Notes under the pieces: generated by a model
What the model was told of the DNA's origin: nothing
Seen by the model: only the letters and a program-made list of their open reading frames with translations
The model's database searches: none
Assembly: GCA_001822065.1 (NCBI GenBank)
Contig: MHPJ01000001.1
Span: forward strand, 6,870-70,869
Length of the DNA stretch: 64,000 nt
Source: Candidatus Staskawiczbacteria bacterium RIFOXYB1_FULL_37_44
GTDB lineage: Bacteria > Patescibacteriota > Minisyncoccia > Minisyncoccales > Staskawiczbacteraceae
Reading direction: 5' to 3'
Translations under genes and position numbers: made by a program
Shown here: piece after piece, positions 59,297 to 64,000 of the stretch
Numbering within the stretch: position 1 is the first letter of the stretch
Layout of the letters: every line of letters starts with the position of its first letter

Positions 59297-60064
59297 ATGA
59301 AAAAAAATAATTCAAAGAAAAGCGCTAAGGCAGAAGGAGGTCTTAGAACGTCCCAGGAGAAAGAGGTCGGCACGGAGCTTGCCAAAATTTTTACTGAATC
59401 CGCGGACCCTTTGCAAACACGGCTTGATAATTTTCCCAAATATATAAGGCGCCAAAAACTGACAAGATTGCTTTCACTATATGAAATATTTAAAAAAGTC
59501 GTGAATATAAAAGGTTCAATTGTAGATTGCGGAGTTTACCGGGGATTTAGCTTAATGTCTTGGGCGCAAATGAGTGCGGTTTTGGAGCCGAATAATTTTA
59601 CTAGGAGGATTTATGGATTTGATACTTTTGAGGGATTTCCCGGATTGTCGGAAAAAGACGAAAGCAAGATTGGTGCTATATCAAAGGGCGCATTAAGTGC
59701 TGATTCTTTTGAGGAGCTGAGAAAACTTTCAAAAGCATATGACAACAATAGATTTTTGGGGCACATTAATAAGATTGAGCTTATTAAAGGGGATTCTTCA
59801 AAAACAATTCCATATTTTATCAAAAAAAATCCGCAGCTCGTTGTAAGTTTATTATTTTTGGATTTTGACTTGTTTGAGCCCACAAAAGTTGCTCTTGAAA
59901 ATTTTTATCCAAGAATGCCCAAGGGTTCAATTCTTGCTTTTGACGAATTAGATAATCCATTATGGCCGGGTGAAACATTAGCATTGCTGGAAACAATTGG
60001 AATTAGAGAATTGAAAATAGAAAGAGTGGATTTCGATCCTTACATAGGTTACGTTATTTTGTAA
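59297..60064 (+). CDS. TylF/MycF-family (macrocin-type) sugar O-methyltransferase
   Basis: 'DCGVYRGFS', 'GFDTFEGFP', 'FLDFDLFEPT'. Confidence 0.7.
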   Translation: MKKNNSKKSAKAEGGLRTSQEKEVGTELAKIFTESADPLQTRLDNFPKYIRRQKLTRLLSLYEIFKKVVNIKGSIVDCGVYRGFSLMSWAQMSAVLEPNNFTRRIYGFDTFEGFPGLSEKDESKIGAISKGALSADSFEELRKLSKAYDNNRFLGHINKIELIKGDSSKTIPYFIKKNPQLVVSLLFLDFDLFEPTKVALENFYPRMPKGSILAFDELDNPLWPGETLALLETIGIRELKIERVDFDPYIGYVIL

Positions 60065-60065
60065 A

Positions 60066-60857
60066 ATGGACTATAATAGCATTTCAAAAAATATAAGAAA
60101 AAAGATTCTGAAAATGAAATATGAATCCCAAGAGGGGCACATTGGGTCTGCTTTGTCTTGTGTTGATATTTTAAACGTGCTTTATTTTAAAATACTTAAA
60201 ATTGATCCAAAAGATCCTTTGAATGAAGATAGGGATAGACTTGTTTTCAGCAAAGGCCACGCTGCCGCTGCGTTATATGCAGTTTTATCTGAAAAAGAAT
60301 TTTTTGAAGAAAAAATTCTTGATGCATATTGCAAAGATGGTAGCAAATTAGCAGGTCATTCTACGAGAGGATCTGTGCCTGGAATAGAAATTTCTGCTGG
60401 CTCTTTGGGTCACGGCTTGCCTATGGCTTCGGGTATGGCTTTAGCTGGCAAAAAGGATAATAAAAATTATAGAGTTTTTGTTTTAATGTCTGACGGAGAA
60501 ATGGATGAGGGAACAACATGGGAATCGGCTTTGTTTTCAGCTCACCATAAATTAGATAATTTAACCGTGATTGTTGATTATAATAAATGGCAGGCATTTG
60601 GTCGGACTAACGAAGTTTTAAATTTAGAGCCATTAGCAAAAAAATGGGAGAGTTTTGGCTGGAGCGTTAAGGAGATAAATGGTCATAATTTTTTAGAAAT
60701 TGAAAATGTGTTATCTATAGTTCCGTTTGAAAAAGTAAAACCTAATGTTGTTATCGCAAATACGATTAAGGGAAAGGGAGTAGAATTTCTAGAAGATAAA
60801 TTAGAATCACATTACACGCATATTACAAAAGAAGATTATGAGAAAAGCATTCGTTAA
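60066..60857 (+). CDS. Transketolase, N-terminal (TPP-binding) subunit
   Basis: 'GHIGSALSCVDILNVLY', 'SKGHAAAALYAVL', 'GSLGHGLP', 'SDGEMDEGTTWE'. Confidence 0.85.
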   Translation: MDYNSISKNIRKKILKMKYESQEGHIGSALSCVDILNVLYFKILKIDPKDPLNEDRDRLVFSKGHAAAALYAVLSEKEFFEEKILDAYCKDGSKLAGHSTRGSVPGIEISAGSLGHGLPMASGMALAGKKDNKNYRVFVLMSDGEMDEGTTWESALFSAHHKLDNLTVIVDYNKWQAFGRTNEVLNLEPLAKKWESFGWSVKEINGHNFLEIENVLSIVPFEKVKPNVVIANTIKGKGVEFLEDKLESHYTHITKEDYEKSIR

Positions 60858-61758
60858 AACTTTAATTGAGTTGGCAGAAAAAGATGACAGAGTTTATCTT
60901 CTGACAGGTGATCTGGGCTTTCACGCCTTGGAAGGTTTTGCTGAAAAATTTCCAGAAAGGTTTTTAAATTGCGGGGTGGCTGAACAAAATATGATGGGTG
61001 TGGCTGCTGGACTTGCTTTGTCCGGGAAAAAACCTTATGTTTATTCAATAGTGCCTTTTGTTACTTTAAGATGTTTAGAGCAAATAAGAATCGACGTGTG
61101 TTATCATAATTTAGATGTTAAAATAATAGGAATCGGCGGAGGATTTTCTTATGGAACTTTAGGATCAACTCATTCTGTTATGGAAGAGATGGCTATTTTA
61201 AGAACTATTCCAAATATGTCGGTTTTTTCTCCTGCTGACCTTTTAGAAACAGAAGAGTTATTTTTAAAAACTTATGAAAATAAAAATCCGGCATATTTTA
61301 GATTATCAAATATTGGGCAGTATGAAGTTTACGATAAAAATCCTAATCTTGAAATTGGCAAGCCAAATGTGGTTAAAGATGGAGCAGATGGAGTTATTGT
61401 CGCTACGGGTTTGATGGTTTCTATATGTTTGGATATTATAAAAAAGATAAAAAATGAAAATAATATAAACCTGAAATTATTAAGTGTTCACACCGTAAAG
61501 CCGTTAGATGAAAAATTATTAATGGAACAGATAAGTGACTTTAAAAAAATTTTTGTTATTGAGGAGCACAGCGTTATTGGCGGATTGGGATCTATTGTCG
61601 CTGAAGTATTAGCAGATTCGGGATATGGAGGAATTTTAAAAAGGGTTGGTATGGATGACGAATTTTTAAAGGAGATTGGGACGGCCGATTATTTACGCGC
61701 AAAGCATATAGTTAAGAAAAATGGCGCGATAGAAGATATTTTAAATTATTTTAAATAA
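60838..61758 (+). CDS. Transketolase, C-terminal (pyrimidine-binding) subunit
   Basis: 'FLNCGVAEQNMMGVAAGLALSGKKPYV'. Overlaps the N-subunit gene by 20 nt. Confidence 0.85.
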   Translation: MRKAFVKTLIELAEKDDRVYLLTGDLGFHALEGFAEKFPERFLNCGVAEQNMMGVAAGLALSGKKPYVYSIVPFVTLRCLEQIRIDVCYHNLDVKIIGIGGGFSYGTLGSTHSVMEEMAILRTIPNMSVFSPADLLETEELFLKTYENKNPAYFRLSNIGQYEVYDKNPNLEIGKPNVVKDGADGVIVATGLMVSICLDIIKKIKNENNINLKLLSVHTVKPLDEKLLMEQISDFKKIFVIEEHSVIGGLGSIVAEVLADSGYGGILKRVGMDDEFLKEIGTADYLRAKHIVKKNGAIEDILNYFK

Positions 61759-61768
61759 AAAAGATAAT

Positions 61769-62866
61769 ATGAAAGTTCCGTTTGTAAATTATCCGTTGCA
61801 GTATAAAAATATAGAAACAGAAATTGATTCCGCAATAAAAAAGATTTTGAATAATGGGGATTTGATATTGCGCCAAGATGTGGATGATTTTGAAAAAAAT
61901 ATGGCTGATTTTTTGGGCGTCAAATATGCGGTTGGAGTAAACTCCTGTACTGATGCTTTAATATTTTCTTTGAAATCAGCAGGCATAAAAGAAGGAGACG
62001 AGGTTATTACTGTTTCTCATACCTTTTTTGCCACTATTGAGGCGATTATTCATTGCAGAGCAAAACCTGTTTTAGTAGATGTTGGGGAAGACTTTGTAAT
62101 GGATGTTTCTAAGGTTGAAAGCAATATAACAGATAAAACTAAAGCTATAATTCCGGTCCATTTTAATGGACATATGGTTGATATGGACAAGCTTAATGAG
62201 ATAGCAAAAAGGCATAATTTAATTATTATTGAAGATGCAGCTCAAGCCCTTGGCGCCGCATTTAACAATAAAAAAGCTGGCTCCCTGGGTTTAGCTGGGT
62301 GTTTCAGTTTTTATCCTGCAAAATTATTGGGTGCTTTCGGTGATGCCGGAATTGTTGCAACCAACGACCAAGTTCTAGCCAAAAACATACGTTTGCTAAG
62401 GAATCACGGTTTACGCACAAAAACAGAAATATTGTTGTTTGGATTTACAAGCAGATTAGATAATTTACAGGCAGCTGTTTTAAATGTAAAATTTAAATAT
62501 TTGGACCAGTGGATACAACGAAGAAGAAAAATAGCTGAAATTTATAAAGACAAGTTGTTTGATGTTAAAAATATAAAACTACCTTTTAACTCTGGCGGAA
62601 GATTTTTTGATGTTTTTCAAAACTTTGTCATACGCGCTGAAAAAAGAGACGAATTATTTATTTTTTTAAAAGAAAAAGAAATTGAAACTTTGGTAAAAGA
62701 TCCTGTGCCAAACCATTTGCACTTAGGTTTGAGACTTGATCATTTTAATCTTCCATTGACCGAACGCCTAGCCAAAGAGGTTATTTCTCTGCCGATGTAC
62801 CCAGAACTCACAGACGAGCAGGTAAACTACGTAATAAGTTGTGTTAAAGAATTTTATAAGTTATAA
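61769..62866 (+). CDS. DegT/DnrJ/EryC1/StrS-family PLP-dependent sugar aminotransferase
   Basis: 'AVGVNSCTDAL', 'IIEDAAQALGA', 'SFYPAKLLGAFGDAG' (PLP Lys). Confidence 0.85.
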   Translation: MKVPFVNYPLQYKNIETEIDSAIKKILNNGDLILRQDVDDFEKNMADFLGVKYAVGVNSCTDALIFSLKSAGIKEGDEVITVSHTFFATIEAIIHCRAKPVLVDVGEDFVMDVSKVESNITDKTKAIIPVHFNGHMVDMDKLNEIAKRHNLIIIEDAAQALGAAFNNKKAGSLGLAGCFSFYPAKLLGAFGDAGIVATNDQVLAKNIRLLRNHGLRTKTEILLFGFTSRLDNLQAAVLNVKFKYLDQWIQRRRKIAEIYKDKLFDVKNIKLPFNSGGRFFDVFQNFVIRAEKRDELFIFLKEKEIETLVKDPVPNHLHLGLRLDHFNLPLTERLAKEVISLPMYPELTDEQVNYVISCVKEFYKL

Positions 62867-62869
62867 ATT

Positions 62870-64000
62870 ATGGATTTGCCAATTTATTTGAGAAAAAGTA
62901 TAAATCGTTTTCCTTGGTCAAGGATGGCAATTTTATTCTTGGCGGATATTGTTTTAATCATTTTTTCTCTATGGATTTCTTTTTCCCTTAGATTCGACGG
63001 GAATATTCCCGTTCAATATTTTTCAATGATAAAAAACGTCTCGATTTTGGCGGCATTTTTTTGCATTCCTATATTTTATTCTGTTGGATTATATTCTTTT
63101 TCCTGGTCATATGTGGGAATAACTGAATTACTCTCTCTATTAAAGGCTTCGTTTATTGCATTCTTATTTTTAACAACAACTATTTATCTTTCTAAGGAAT
63201 TTCCTGTTTTTAAAGGTTATCCACGCTCGACTCTGATTACCGGGCTTTGCCTGGTAATTATTTTTTGCGGTTCTGTCCGGCTGTCTAAAAGAATATATTT
63301 GGCATTATATAAAAAAGACATCGGGAAAAAAAGAACTTTGATTGTTGGGGCAGGAGACGCCGGCGAGCAGATTTTAAGAAGCGTGATAAGCTCTCCCTTT
63401 ACCGATTATTTTCCTATTGGATTTGTTGACGATAGCGATACAAAGAAGGGCGTTATTATTCATGGGTTGAAAGTTTTGGGAAAAATATCAGATATCCCTG
63501 AAATTGCAGAAAAAAACAGCATAAGCCAACTAATTATTGCATTGCCTTCGGCTGGAAATGCAATAATTAGAAAGGCAATTGAGATAGCGAGGATTGCAGG
63601 AATAAAAAAAATTAAAATTGCTCCAGCGTTAAACGAAATTATCAGCGGAGAGATTTCTTTTAAGAATCTCAAGGATGTGGACGTTGGAGATATTTTAAGC
63701 CGGGAGCAGATTTTTTTGGACACAAAACAAATAGAGGCTTTTATAAAAAATAAAACAGTTTTAATTACCGGGGCGGCAGGCTCAATAGGATCTGAATTAT
63801 CTCGCCAAACTGCCAAATTTAATCCGTCATTAATTTTATTATTGGACCAGGACGAAACGGGAATTTTTAATATTTCTAATGAGCTGGAAAATAGTTTTCC
63901 TAATTTAAAAATTAAATCCATAATTGCAGATATTGGAGACAAAGGTAGAATTAGCGAAATTTTGGGCGCTTTCCATCCAAAAATTGTTTTTCACGCGGCA
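62870..64000 (+). CDS. Membrane-bound CapD/PglF/WbpM-type nucleotide-sugar 4,6-dehydratase; 3' end outside the window
   Basis: Not in the ORF track because there is no stop before the window end. My translation from the ATG at 62870 gives 4 TM helices, 'RTLIVGAGDAGEQILRSV', 'VLITGAAGSIGSEL' and '...KIVFHAA'. Confidence 0.85.
   Translation, partial: MDLPIYLRKSINRFPWSRMAILFLADIVLIIFSLWISFSLRFDGNIPVQYFSMIKNVSILAAFFCIPIFYSVGLYSFSWSYVGITELLSLLKASFIAFLFLTTTIYLSKEFPVFKGYPRSTLITGLCLVIIFCGSVRLSKRIYLALYKKDIGKKRTLIVGAGDAGEQILRSVISSPFTDYFPIGFVDDSDTKKGVIIHGLKVLGKISDIPEIAEKNSISQLIIALPSAGNAIIRKAIEIARIAGIKKIKIAPALNEIISGEISFKNLKDVDVGDILSREQIFLDTKQIEAFIKNKTVLITGAAGSIGSELSRQTAKFNPSLILLLDQDETGIFNISNELENSFPNLKIKSIIADIGDKGRISEILGAFHPKIVFHAA

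Noticed and set aside
60066-61758. Dismissing the split transketolase as an ordinary pentose-phosphate housekeeping gene.
   Set aside because: This is not fully rejected, since split TKs are the normal form in some lineages. Its position between tailoring enzymes justified reporting it as a finding with that caveat.
63460-63942. 160-aa minus-strand ORF near the window end.
   Set aside because: It is antisense to the plus-strand CapD/PglF-type dehydratase ORF (62870 to beyond 64000). That ORF has clear motifs but is missing from the track only because it has no stop within the window.
1-64000. Search by eye for tRNA, rRNA, tmRNA, riboswitch or DGR/retron signatures.
   Set aside because: I recognised no cloverleaf-like GC-rich ~75-nt segment, rRNA-like conserved block or reverse-transcriptase ORF. 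Intergenic space is minimal. A covariance-model scan (tRNAscan, Infernal) would be needed to exclude small RNAs, especially at 11980-12175 and 6456-6627.

Overview
This is an AT-rich, very gene-dense bacterial window. No rRNA, tRNA or CRISPR array was recognised by eye. The gene content and style point to a Patescibacteria/CPR-like genome, but that is inference only because no search was possible. The supporting traits are minimal intergenic gaps, ECF sigma factors paired with DUF5667-type membrane partners, small PaaX/Cas2-fold wHTH proteins, a membrane nuclease plus ComEA-like protein, a PG-binding surface protein, an O-antigen-ligase::TPR fusion, and short GC-rich hairpin elements sitting in frame inside genes.

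Nt 1-24,300 mix housekeeping genes (HtrA, ClpB, RlmN, MTAP) with accessory features:
- two PaaX-like genes, each bracketed by its own palindromic repeats;
- two ECF sigma modules next to secreted or surface proteins;
- a RAYT/IS200-type HUH transposase flanked by REP-like palindromes;
- a frameshifted GC-rich membrane gene;
- a phosphoribosyltransferase remnant.

Nt 24,433-64,000 form one uninterrupted block of 42 plus-strand ORFs, a glycan-biosynthesis superlocus. It holds:
- the GDP-fucose pathway;
- Wzx, Wzy and an initiating phosphoglycosyltransferase;
- a Gtr/Arn-like GT2 + small flippase + GT-C module;
- about 6 methyltransferases and 2 radical-SAM/SPASM enzymes;
- a split transketolase;
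- 3 sugar-1-P nucleotidyltransferases.

The most unusual part of the locus is a module of a divergent DAHP/KDO8P-synthase-family enzyme, an AroE-like dehydrogenase, a Gfo/Idh/MocA oxidoreductase and two cytidylyltransferases. This looks like a pathway to an uncharacterised CMP-activated 3-deoxy-ulosonic acid.

All functional calls rest on motifs read from the supplied translations. No database search, HMM or structure prediction was run.
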